Of a DNA stretch of 55,986 nt, positions 1 through 8,356 are shown one piece after another. The notes below the pieces were generated by a model. It saw only the letters and a program-made list of their open reading frames with translations. It searched no databases and was not told where the DNA came from. The DNA lies in IMG/VR virus record IMGVR_UViG_3300043411_001213, positions 1 through 55,986 of that record. The stretch is one strand, 5' to 3'. The DNA comes from a virus. Its lineage: Duplodnaviria; Caudoviricetes. A program made the translations under genes and the position numbers. The first letter of the stretch is position 1; the number at the start of each line of letters is the position of its first letter.

Positions 1-1
1 G

Positions 2-331
2 CAGAAGAACCTTGACCGGTTCATCGACGATCCCAAATGCAGAATGATGGTTCTCAATCCGGTAGCGGCAGGCCTCGGACTGGACGGCATGCAACACGTC
101 TGTCAGGACGTGTTGTACGTCGAGCCCCCAATCGCTGTGACCCACCTGACACAAAGCCTATCCCGAGTCCATCGAGATGGGCAGCGCCAGGTGGTGACAG
201 TACGCCTCGGACTGGCAGCAGGGACGATTCAGCATCATCTGGTCAAGTCACTCACGGCCAAGGAAGAGCTCGTCAATCCGCTGCAGTTGTCTCGAGCGCG
301 ATTGCGAGAGGCGCTCTTGGGTGGACAATAG
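2..331 (+). CDS. SNF2-like (SF2) helicase, C-terminal part, truncated by window start
   Basis: Frame is open from base 2. It contains AAGLGLD (motif V-like) and QSLSRVHRDGQ (motif VI, QxxxRxxRxGQ). Confidence 0.8.
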   Translation, partial: QKNLDRFIDDPKCRMMVLNPVAAGLGLDGMQHVCQDVLYVEPPIAVTHLTQSLSRVHRDGQRQVVTVRLGLAAGTIQHHLVKSLTAKEELVNPLQLSRARLREALLGGQ

Positions 332-356
332 TGTGATGAGTATTTAGTGGAGGTCA

Positions 357-962
357 ATGATGACTCAGACGAAAGTGTGTTCGAAGTGTGGGGTGGAGAA
401 GGAGGTTGGGGAGTTTCGACCTCTGAAGAATGCAAAGGACGGTTTCCGGTGGAATTGTCGGGAGTGCGAGAGAGCCAAAAACAAGGCGTGGCGCGAAGCA
501 AACCAGGAAAAGGTCAGAGCCAAGAATAAGGCGTGGCGCGAAGCAAACCGGGAGAAGGCCCGAGCCAAAAGCAAGGCGTGGCGCGAAGCAAACCGGGAAA
601 AGGCCCGAGCTGCGAGCAAGGCGTGGGCCGAAGCAAACCGGGAAAAGGCCCGAGCTAAGACCAAGGCGTGGGCCGAAGCAAACCCGGAAAAGGCCCGAGC
701 CAAAAGCAAGGCGTGGCACGAAGCAAACCAGGAAAAGGTCAGAGCCAAAAGCAAGGCGTGGCACGAAGCAAACCAGGAAAAGGTCCGAGCCATGGGTAAG
801 GCGGGGCGCGACGAATTGCGCGACAGTTACGTGAAACACAAGCTCGGTGTGTCCACCGCCCCGTCAGAACTCATCGAACTGAAACGCGAACAACTCAAGA
901 TGCACCGTTTAACCAAACAATTTAATCAACTTCTCAAGGAGAAAAACAATGGCACTGAATGA
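357..962 (+). CDS. Zinc-ribbon protein with 15-aa helical repeats (HNH-associated N-terminus, no nuclease domain)
   Basis: GGAGG RBS; CSKC...CREC Zn motif; about 7 copies of KAWREANREKARAKS-like repeats. Confidence 0.75.
   Translation: MMTQTKVCSKCGVEKEVGEFRPLKNAKDGFRWNCRECERAKNKAWREANQEKVRAKNKAWREANREKARAKSKAWREANREKARAASKAWAEANREKARAKTKAWAEANPEKARAKSKAWHEANQEKVRAKSKAWHEANQEKVRAMGKAGRDELRDSYVKHKLGVSTAPSELIELKREQLKMHRLTKQFNQLLKEKNNGTE
483..797 (+). repeat. 45-bp coding tandem repeat, 7 copies plus a partial 8th
   Basis: AAGGCGTGG starts at 483, 528, 573, 618, 663, 708 and 753; a degenerate copy starts at 798. Confidence 0.95.
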
Positions 963-1224
963 AGTATTGCGCACCTCCGGCGACATCCGCCGCTTCCTGG
1001 CCCAGACCATGTCTGAAATTCGCAGTGGTGACCTATCGATCGATAAGGGCATGACGATTGCCGCCCTCTCGAAAGAGATCACGGCCAATATGCAGACCGA
1101 GGTGAATGTCGCCAAGGTGCGGGTGCAAATGCTCGCTACCGGCAAGAACATGGGCGACGTCACGCAAATGGGCAAGCTGGTGATCGAGGACGAAGGCAGC
1201 ACCCCGATGCTGTCCGGGAAATAG
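949..1224 (+). CDS. Hypothetical protein (91 aa)
   Basis: AAGGAG RBS; overlaps the upstream gene end; phage-like codon use. Confidence 0.75.
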   Translation: MALNEVLRTSGDIRRFLAQTMSEIRSGDLSIDKGMTIAALSKEITANMQTEVNVAKVRVQMLATGKNMGDVTQMGKLVIEDEGSTPMLSGK

Positions 1225-1409
1225 ACACAAAGTGCGCAAGTGGCCAGTCAAATCTGATTACGCCACTTGCGCACCATGTGTCTGGGGACTACACTCCAGC
1301 CTCCGATCCTTGGCAGGATCATTTATCGAGGGAGCAGAAGGAACCCCAGTGCAGTGCCCTCCCACTGTCTGCCAACGCATCTACGATGTGACTGGGGTTC
1401 CTTCTGCTC
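1223..1409 (+). other. Structured intergenic region with three hairpins
   Basis: Inverted repeats 1223-1229/1277-1283 plus 1232-1244/1262-1274; 1305-1310/1315-1320; perfect 19-bp pair 1332-1350/1391-1409. Confidence 0.7.
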
Positions 1410-1429
1410 TGTTTCAGGAGAAGAATAAG

Positions 1430-2140
1430 ATGAGTTGGACCTCTATTGAGGACCGTGTCGGTCAGAAATTTAACATGTTGACGGTGCTGGCTGTGCACTC
1501 GAAAGGTTTTCGAACAACGGAAGGCAGGTATGTTCAGGCGAGACTGTTGTGTCGCTGTGATTGCGGGACAGTGAAAGACATCCCTGCGGGCGCTGTCACT
1601 GGAGGTTATACAAAGTCTTGTGGGTGCTTAGATCGAGATATTTTAGTGGCGAGGAACACGACCCATGGTATGAGCAGTTTGCCGGAATATAAGTTATGGA
1701 AGGACATGAGGGCTAGGTGTAACAACCCCAGCAATAAGTTTTATTTTCGTTATGGCGGGAGAGGTATTTCGGTTTCCCCAGAATGGCAAAGTAGTTTTGA
1801 GAATTTCTACAAAGACATGGGGCCGAGACCTGCTCGTCGTATGTCTATAGAACGAATCGAAAATGACGGCCATTACTGTAAATCGAACTGCAAGTGGGCA
1901 ACGCCAATCGAGCAGGCAAACAACAGGAGCTCAACCAGGCTTGTCACATACAAAGGTAGTACGCAAAGCCTGTCAGCATGGTGCCGAGAACTAAATATTA
2001 ACCTTTCGACGGTAACGGGTAGGCTCGATGTTCACGGCTGGAGCGTTGAAGATGCATTCGGGACTCCAACCCGCAAGGGGTTCGTCGAACGAAATAAAAC
2101 AAAGAACGCAGTTGCGCCCGTCGATGAGGGTATTTTATGA
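1430..2140 (+). CDS. Free-standing HNH homing endonuclease
   Basis: AGGAG RBS before ATG 1430; CRCDCG, TKSCGC, MRARC, YGGRGI and ERIENDGHYCKSNCKW motifs; more AT-rich than flanking genes. Confidence 0.85.
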   Translation: MSWTSIEDRVGQKFNMLTVLAVHSKGFRTTEGRYVQARLLCRCDCGTVKDIPAGAVTGGYTKSCGCLDRDILVARNTTHGMSSLPEYKLWKDMRARCNNPSNKFYFRYGGRGISVSPEWQSSFENFYKDMGPRPARRMSIERIENDGHYCKSNCKWATPIEQANNRSSTRLVTYKGSTQSLSAWCRELNINLSTVTGRLDVHGWSVEDAFGTPTRKGFVERNKTKNAVAPVDEGIL

Positions 2141-5073
2141 CAATGTATTTTTACTACCAGGAGACCCCGCGCTCTGTGTGGCTCCCTGCGCTCGCCAGTG
2201 AGCGTGCAAACATCATTCGTACAAAAAAGCCGGCGCTGTGCACTGTGCTTGACGTGGATTCAACGTTTGAAGACGGTATGACACAAGAGCAGCGGGCGTC
2301 TGTAAAGCACGCAGGTCCGCTGTACTTCGATGTGGATTGTCCAGATATTGATACGGCAATCGAGCAGACTAAAAAGTTGCTCACACTGATCAAGAGCAAG
2401 GGGGTCGACCTTGAGATGCTCAGGTGTTACATGAGTGGAAAAAAGGGGTTCCACATCCTAGTGGATCACGCCATCTTCATGCCAAGAGTTCCTGCGGGTG
2501 GAATACATAACCTGCCGACCATTTACAAAGAAATGGTCTGGGCCTGTCTCTTTACTGACGGCGTTGACATGAGGGTGTTCAGCCAAGGTCGTGGTCGGAT
2601 GTTGCGCTCCCCAAATGTGCAGCGCGATGACAATGGAGCGTACAAGGTCAGCGTCACGGCTGATGAAATCTTCAACCTTACGCCGGAAACCTACGCCCAA
2701 CTCTGCGCTTCGCCGCGCAACGAGGTACCGGTCGAGCCCCCGAAGTTTTGCCCGGAGCTCGGCCTTGCCTTCAGCGTGGCCCAGGACAAGGTCGTCAAGG
2801 CGGCTGCTCGGCGCAAGACGAAGAAGAACCAGTGCGATGACCTGAAGAAATTCGGCGGTGCATGGCCAGAGACCCTGCAGTTGGTGATCAACGGCCTTGG
2901 CCTGCGTGAGGACGTGGGCTTCAATCAGGTCGCGCTTCAGGTTTGTATCACGGCATGCACCCTCGGCATTGATGAGGAAAAGCTGCTTGCCGACTGCTCC
3001 GGCCTGATCGAAACCCACAAGGGTGACTCGTCCCGCTACGGCACCCCGGGTCGTCGCCGAGCATTCCTCAAGGAGATGTTCCGCTACGTCGACAGCAACC
3101 CGCTCTACGACTTCTCTGCCGGCGGCGTCCTCTCCCTGCTCATCCCCGAAGTCCGTGCCAACTCTGATCTCAGCTTTGGTGAGTGGCAACCAGACGACAC
3201 GACACCGAAGCCGAAGCCGAAGAAGCCTACCAAGCCGAAACCAGCCCCCGCTGAAGGTGCAGCAGAAACGACTACGACCGAAGCCGAAACAACTACGGAC
3301 GAGGACGAAGACGAGGGTGAGCCTGAAGACGACGAACCGGATGACGGCGGGCGTATTCAGATGAGCCGCGGCGGCACATTTTTTAAAACTGAGGACGGCT
3401 ACAAAAATGTGTGTGACCTCGGGTTTTTCAGGCCGATCAGCATGCGCAAACTGAACGGGGAACATATCGGCTACGAGGTCGACACCTATCTGGATGGCAA
3501 GGATGCCGGCAAGAAATTCATTCCGATGAACGCGTTCACATCAAAGGGCCAGTTCAACAACTGGTCCCTCAATCAGGGAGCCTCGATGAGAGCCTCAGAC
3601 ATTCAAACCAGTAGCCTGTCGGATCACTTCCGCAGGCGCAGCAGTAAAAACCCTGTCTATGCCGTTGAGCGCGAGGGGATCGACGTCATTGTTCCTCCTG
3701 GTGCCAAGACCGGTGACCAGATCGATGTAATTTGGGCATCCCCGGAAGGGGTCGTGTGCGAGAACAAGGAGATCAACTACCGTTACCACGGCATCTACAA
3801 CGCCCAAGGGACGTATAAATCGGACCTGATGATGGCCGACGAGTTGTCACTGGCCGACGAGGAATTTGTCAGCAAGCTGCTCGACATCAACACGACAGGG
3901 AACGTGGCGAAGCTCCTCGGTTGGTTCAGTGCTGCGTTCGTCAGTCAGCTGATCCGCAAGAAGTTCAAGCGCTTCCCATCCATGCAGGTCTTCGGACAGG
4001 CTGGCGCCGGCAAGTCGATGACCGTCATCCTCATGAACCACATGCACTACAACCTCGTCGAGCCTCGTCAGTTCTCTGTTGCCGGTCAGACGATGTTCCC
4101 CATCATCGTTGCGGTCGCCACATCGGCGTCTCTGCCGCTGGTGTTCGAGGAGGTCAAGGCCCGTCAGCTGACGAAGACGGCCAAGGACTTTCTGCAGAAC
4201 ATCCTGCGGTCGAACTACACAGCCGACCAACTTCAGCGAGGCAGCCTTGGTCGTGACAAGACAGTGCGTGAGCCAACGGTCACCGACTTCGCCAATGCCG
4301 CACCGATCGTGTTTGTCGGTGAGGCGATCGAGGACCAGAGCGCGATTCTGGAGCGGTGCGTGGTCGTGGCCCTGAGCAAATCCGATCAACGGGGCAAGGA
4401 GGCAAACTTCGAGTTCTGCATGGATCGGGCGACGCAAATGGGTCGCATTGGAAAGCGCCTTGCCCGTGCGGCATTGAGCGTTAATCGTGACGAGCTGCAC
4501 GAAGAGCTGAGCCGGAACTTCAAACAGGTCTCCGGTCTGGCTCAGGCTGCGATGATTGACGGGGCCTCACGCCCGTCATTCAACCTGGCTGTGGTCATCA
4601 CAGGTCTCGAGTTCCTGCGCCTTGCCATCTCCGGTGTCTTTGGCGATAAGTTCGATGGGCGCATCGAAAAGCTCAAGCAGTCCGTGCTCGACAACGTTGC
4701 CGACAACATCCCGAAGAACATGGCAGAAGCGAGTCGTGTTCTGGATACACTGGCCTTCCTCAGTCGGCATCAGGACGTCGCCTATCAGGTGGTTCATGGT
4801 GTCGACTACACAATCAACGAGCCCGCCGGAACGCTCGATCTCAAGCTGCGCAATGCGTACGCCAAGTACGTCAAGTATCAGCGCAGCCTAGGCATGGAGG
4901 TGCTGTTCGACCACGAGAACGCTTTCGTCACTGCGCTGGCCAATTATGGCGGCACGGTGCGCAAGGCCTGCCCTGACAACATGCACTTGTACGACTCACC
5001 ACGAGCCGTCATCTACCGCCTCGACCTCGCCTATTTGGAGCGTGAGGGCGTGGATGGTTTCAAGGAGAAGTAG
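2137..5073 (+). CDS. AEP-type primase fused to a P-loop helicase
   Basis: AEP motifs LYFDVD and SGKKGFHI; Pro/acidic linker; Walker A GQAGAGKS and Walker B-like LVFEE. Confidence 0.8.
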   Translation: MTMYFYYQETPRSVWLPALASERANIIRTKKPALCTVLDVDSTFEDGMTQEQRASVKHAGPLYFDVDCPDIDTAIEQTKKLLTLIKSKGVDLEMLRCYMSGKKGFHILVDHAIFMPRVPAGGIHNLPTIYKEMVWACLFTDGVDMRVFSQGRGRMLRSPNVQRDDNGAYKVSVTADEIFNLTPETYAQLCASPRNEVPVEPPKFCPELGLAFSVAQDKVVKAAARRKTKKNQCDDLKKFGGAWPETLQLVINGLGLREDVGFNQVALQVCITACTLGIDEEKLLADCSGLIETHKGDSSRYGTPGRRRAFLKEMFRYVDSNPLYDFSAGGVLSLLIPEVRANSDLSFGEWQPDDTTPKPKPKKPTKPKPAPAEGAAETTTTEAETTTDEDEDEGEPEDDEPDDGGRIQMSRGGTFFKTEDGYKNVCDLGFFRPISMRKLNGEHIGYEVDTYLDGKDAGKKFIPMNAFTSKGQFNNWSLNQGASMRASDIQTSSLSDHFRRRSSKNPVYAVEREGIDVIVPPGAKTGDQIDVIWASPEGVVCENKEINYRYHGIYNAQGTYKSDLMMADELSLADEEFVSKLLDINTTGNVAKLLGWFSAAFVSQLIRKKFKRFPSMQVFGQAGAGKSMTVILMNHMHYNLVEPRQFSVAGQTMFPIIVAVATSASLPLVFEEVKARQLTKTAKDFLQNILRSNYTADQLQRGSLGRDKTVREPTVTDFANAAPIVFVGEAIEDQSAILERCVVVALSKSDQRGKEANFEFCMDRATQMGRIGKRLARAALSVNRDELHEELSRNFKQVSGLAQAAMIDGASRPSFNLAVVITGLEFLRLAISGVFGDKFDGRIEKLKQSVLDNVADNIPKNMAEASRVLDTLAFLSRHQDVAYQVVHGVDYTINEPAGTLDLKLRNAYAKYVKYQRSLGMEVLFDHENAFVTALANYGGTVRKACPDNMHLYDSPRAVIYRLDLAYLEREGVDGFKEK

Positions 5074-5104
5074 ACAAAATGAAGCCGGGTATCTAGTTAA
5101 AATA

Positions 5105-5136
5105 ATTCTTGACATCTAGGTGCGGATGTCTAGAAT
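5105..5136 (+). promoter_or_regulatory. sigma70-like promoter overlapped by an imperfect palindrome
   Basis: TTGACA (5109-5114)-N16-TAGAAT (5131-5136); ATTCTTGACATC/GATGTCTAGAAT inverted repeat matching 11 of 12. Confidence 0.7.
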
Positions 5137-5182
5137 CTCACTCGCAGCACCAACCTCAATCTCAATCGCACGGAGAATCAAG

Positions 5183-5962
5183 ATGGGCCTCAAAGACCAG
5201 AAAGAATACGCAACCACCCCCGCTTTCGAGCAAATGTCCGAAGCCGCCGCTGAAACCACCACCGCAACCAAGGAAGAAACCGTGAACACCGACACCGCAC
5301 AAGACGCAGGCGCCGCAGCCACCACCGCAATCGCAACCGCCGCAGCATCCTCTTCGGCAGCCGTCGCCGAGTACAAGGCCCCGACCAAGCTGAAGCTGGC
5401 CTTCTCCGACAAGAACGCCGTCTTCGACATCGCAACCGTCGAAGGTCTGGCCATGGCCGTGCCGCGCCTGAAGGGCGAGCAGGGTAGCATTTTCCAGAAC
5501 GAGATCGATCTCGGTTCCCACATCACGTTCGAAATCGTGTCCGTGTCTCCGCGCTGGGTGGTCGGCACTGGCGAGAACGACAAGGAGGCCAAGGACTTCT
5601 TCAAGGTCTCGTACAACAACGACACCCTGTCCGGTGAAGCCACCAAGATCGACGACTATCTCGACTCCCTCAAGGCCCAAGGCTTCGACAAGGCCAAGAA
5701 GTCCTGCTACCTCGACATCTTTGGCTTCATTATCTCTTCGGAGAAGAAGGGTGATGTGCCGGCCGAGCAGCGCGAGCTGTCCTGCCTGCAGTGCTCCCCG
5801 ACTTCGATGGGTGCCTTCACTGCCTTCGCAACGACTCGTGGCCTGCTCGAGTCCAAGGGCATTGCCAAGCCGATCGAGGTGATCGAAGTTCACGCCGAGA
5901 AGCGTGCCAAGGGTGACAACAAGTTCACGAACTTCTCCTTCGCTGCGCCGAAAGCCAAGTAA
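5183..5962 (+). CDS. Highly expressed hypothetical protein, possibly ssDNA-binding
   Basis: GGAG RBS, own promoter, strongly C-ending codons, Ala/Thr-rich N-terminus, located next to the primase. Function inferred from context only. Confidence 0.6.
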   Translation: MGLKDQKEYATTPAFEQMSEAAAETTTATKEETVNTDTAQDAGAAATTAIATAAASSSAAVAEYKAPTKLKLAFSDKNAVFDIATVEGLAMAVPRLKGEQGSIFQNEIDLGSHITFEIVSVSPRWVVGTGENDKEAKDFFKVSYNNDTLSGEATKIDDYLDSLKAQGFDKAKKSCYLDIFGFIISSEKKGDVPAEQRELSCLQCSPTSMGAFTAFATTRGLLESKGIAKPIEVIEVHAEKRAKGDNKFTNFSFAAPKAK

Positions 5963-5972
5963 GGATTTACCC

Positions 5973-6171
5973 CTCATGCCCGATAGACTCGGTCGGCGCC
6001 CCGGGGGCAAACGGGGCGACCCTTTTACCGTCACCGTGGACGGACGGGTCACACGATGAGCCATTCATGCCGCCACAAGCGGGAGAGCGATCTGGCAGGA
6101 TCGACGGCCCAATGAAGCGTTGAACCCTTCGGGGTTCTTCAAGGTGCCCTACCCAGAGCACCTTGAAGAAC
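5973..6171 (+). ncRNA. Candidate structured RNA with tandem junction units and terminal hairpins
   Basis: Nested stems read directly from the sequence (see findings). No known family recognised. Confidence 0.45.
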
Positions 6172-6217
6172 TAGAAGCAACATCAGAAGAATGACAACAA
6201 GGAAAGGTGTAAACAGT

Positions 6218-6883
6218 ATGAGATTTTTCTTCGGTGACGTCGAAACGACAGGCCTGCGAAAACCGGCCAAAATCGTGGAACTGTGCGTTGTTGAGACAGA
6301 CGATCAGTTCAATGTGCTGAATACATGGGAAAGCAGGATCGATCCCGAAGCACCCATAGAGCCTGGAGCCAGTGGTGTGCACGGCCTCACCAACGCCATG
6401 TTGGTCGATGAGCCGACCATAGAGCAGTTCATGGAAATGCACGGTTATCCGTTGCGAACTGACGGCGTGCTCATCGCCCACAATGTCGCATACGACCGAG
6501 AGTTCCTCGGCCCGCACTTCGAATCCTACGAAACAATCTGCACTCTGAAGTGTGCCCGCATCCTTTATCCGGACGCGCCAGATCACAAGCTGCAGACGCT
6601 TCGATTCTATCTCGGCTTGGAAGCAGACCACAGCAAAGCGCACACTGCCGGTGAAGACGTATCGCTGCTCATGCAGCTGGCCAAGAAGATGTGCGAGGAT
6701 CATGATCTGACCCTGTCCGCTCTCCTCGAAGTTCAGACCCGCAAGCGCCGCATACTCAATATGCCTTTCGGGAAACATAAAGGAACCGCCCTGAGCGACC
6801 TGCCGGCAGACTACAGGTACTGGCTCCTGAACAAGGCCGACAATCTTGACGCTGACCTGCGGGCCTCTCTGGAGGCACTGTAA
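6218..6883 (+). CDS. DEDDh 3'-5' exonuclease (DnaQ/ExoX-like)
   Basis: GDVETTG, VHGLT, AHNVAYD, AHTAGED motifs and a C-terminal MPFGKHKG domain. Confidence 0.85.
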   Translation: MRFFFGDVETTGLRKPAKIVELCVVETDDQFNVLNTWESRIDPEAPIEPGASGVHGLTNAMLVDEPTIEQFMEMHGYPLRTDGVLIAHNVAYDREFLGPHFESYETICTLKCARILYPDAPDHKLQTLRFYLGLEADHSKAHTAGEDVSLLMQLAKKMCEDHDLTLSALLEVQTRKRRILNMPFGKHKGTALSDLPADYRYWLLNKADNLDADLRASLEAL

Positions 6884-7074
6884 CAAGCGAGCGACCAGGC
6901 AAGAAGTGGTCGCTCGTTGCACATCTGAATGACCTGATCGCGACATGGGAGCAGTCATGGCCAGAGCGTCGACGAGGGTTGCGACGAAGGCACCCTGAAG
7001 ATCAACGTCTCAACGATCCGACAACCTTCACCGTGACCCGCAGAATCATCTGCCAACAATTTTCAACAACATAA

Positions 7075-7440
7075 ATGCTATCCCTTGACGACGTTGAGTT
7101 CTGGTCTGACGTGCCAGATGAGGTTCTTCCAGAAATCAAGCTGTGGGCCGACGTGATGTTTGTTGGACTCTATGATGCCGCGTGTTACAGAGGCTGCAGC
7201 TTGGGCAAGATAAAGCCCTCGTCCGGTGACAATCGCAAAGCCCGCAGCCAGGCTTGGTGGTGGCTTTTCGATGATGGAAAGAGCGACGTCGGCAGTTTCG
7301 TGTGGTGTTGCCGCTTGTTTGACTATGACCCTACGCAGACCAGAAACAGAGTCATAAACAGGTGGGAGGACATCGTCAAAGAGCAGTTGAAGTTCAGCAA
7401 CAAAATTGGCAAAGGCAGTTCAAATGGCTTATGCGAATAA
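7075..7440 (+). CDS. Hypothetical protein (121 aa)
   Basis: ORF overlapping the next gene; LWADV...SFVWCC..FDYDP pattern resembles common phage hypotheticals. Confidence 0.6.
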   Translation: MLSLDDVEFWSDVPDEVLPEIKLWADVMFVGLYDAACYRGCSLGKIKPSSGDNRKARSQAWWWLFDDGKSDVGSFVWCCRLFDYDPTQTRNRVINRWEDIVKEQLKFSNKIGKGSSNGLCE

Positions 7441-8356
7441 AGATCGACGCAACGCAACATCGGCAGCCCGCAAGGCCAAGCTTGGTCGCACGATAGACTT
7501 CGATTATGTCATTCCAACAGGAAAGAATGTCGGAATGACAGTGCGAGCACTTTTCCTAGACAAGATGGCCAAGTCTCCGGACAAGTGTTGGCACTGGCTT
7601 GGGAAGCTGTTTTCCAACGGGTACGGATCTTTTCAATCGAGAGGGGTTGACCATTTGGCGCACAGAGTGTCTTTTGAGTTATTTCACGGCAGGAAGCCTT
7701 CGGGCTTGTTGATGCATAGATGCGACAACAAGCAGTGTGTCAATCCGGCCCATCTTGCAGAAGGAACTCATGCGGACAATCACAAGGACATGGTACAAAA
7801 AGGGAGGGTGAAGACCTTGCGCGGCACAGCAACCGCCCGCGGGGTGTTGGACGAGCGCGACATTTTAAAGATCAGAGCCCGTCGGGCCGCTGGAGAAATG
7901 TGCAGGGACATTGCAATAGATTACCCAGTCAAAGCAAATCACATTAGCCGTATCACAACCGGGGCACGTCACGCCCACGTCAAGGAGAATAAAAATATGA
8001 CACCGTCTGAGTACATCAAGCTGGCCATGCGTACCAACAACGACATGGGCTATGAGAAAAATCTTGTGCATGCAGCAATGCTTCTTTCTTCCGAATCCGG
8101 GGAAGTGGCCTCCGAAGTAAAGCGCATGTTTGCGTACGGGAAACCGATTGATATCACAAACGTCAAGGCCGAACTGGGGGACGTCATGTGGGGGATTGCC
8201 CTAATGTGCAACACGCTTGGTCTCACCCTTGAGGAGGTCATGCGGGGCAACATTGCCAAGCTCGAGGCGCGTTACCCGGGCCTGCGCTTTGACCCCGACA
8301 AGGCCATCAATCGCGACACCGCTGCTGAATCCGAGGCGATTAACAAGGTGATGTGA
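7424..8356 (+). CDS. HNH endonuclease fused in frame to a MazG-like NTP pyrophosphohydrolase (internal start at 7997)
   Basis: HNH part: CWHWLG, GYG, AHRVSF, HRCDNKQCVNPAHL. MazG part: ESGEVASEVKR...ELGDVMW...NIAKLEARYP. Internal AAGGAG RBS precedes ATG 7997. Confidence 0.8.
   Translation: MAYANKDRRNATSAARKAKLGRTIDFDYVIPTGKNVGMTVRALFLDKMAKSPDKCWHWLGKLFSNGYGSFQSRGVDHLAHRVSFELFHGRKPSGLLMHRCDNKQCVNPAHLAEGTHADNHKDMVQKGRVKTLRGTATARGVLDERDILKIRARRAAGEMCRDIAIDYPVKANHISRITTGARHAHVKENKNMTPSEYIKLAMRTNNDMGYEKNLVHAAMLLSSESGEVASEVKRMFAYGKPIDITNVKAELGDVMWGIALMCNTLGLTLEEVMRGNIAKLEARYPGLRFDPDKAINRDTAAESEAINKVM

Noticed and set aside
483-797. CRISPR array
   Set aside because: The 45-bp units are contiguous with no unique spacers and encode an in-frame peptide repeat.
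1232-1429. N-terminal extension of the HNH ORF from 1232
   Set aside because: It runs through hairpins and has no RBS; the good RBS precedes ATG 1430.
1223-2140. Group I intron carrying the HNH gene
   Set aside because: Flanking genes look complete with their own stop and start, and I could not identify the P/Q/R/S core.
2458-3465. Long antisense ORFs here and at 5162-6064, 10723-11640, 28528-29727 and 32325-33572
   Set aside because: They are shadows of GC-rich genes on the other strand, with no RBS or motifs.
5963-6190. tRNA or hammerhead ribozyme
   Set aside because: No T-loop cloverleaf and no CUGANGA/GAAA core were found.
6884-7074. Gene or terminator after the exonuclease
   Set aside because: A 10-bp stem is present but has no U-tract, and there is no convincing RBS-led ORF.
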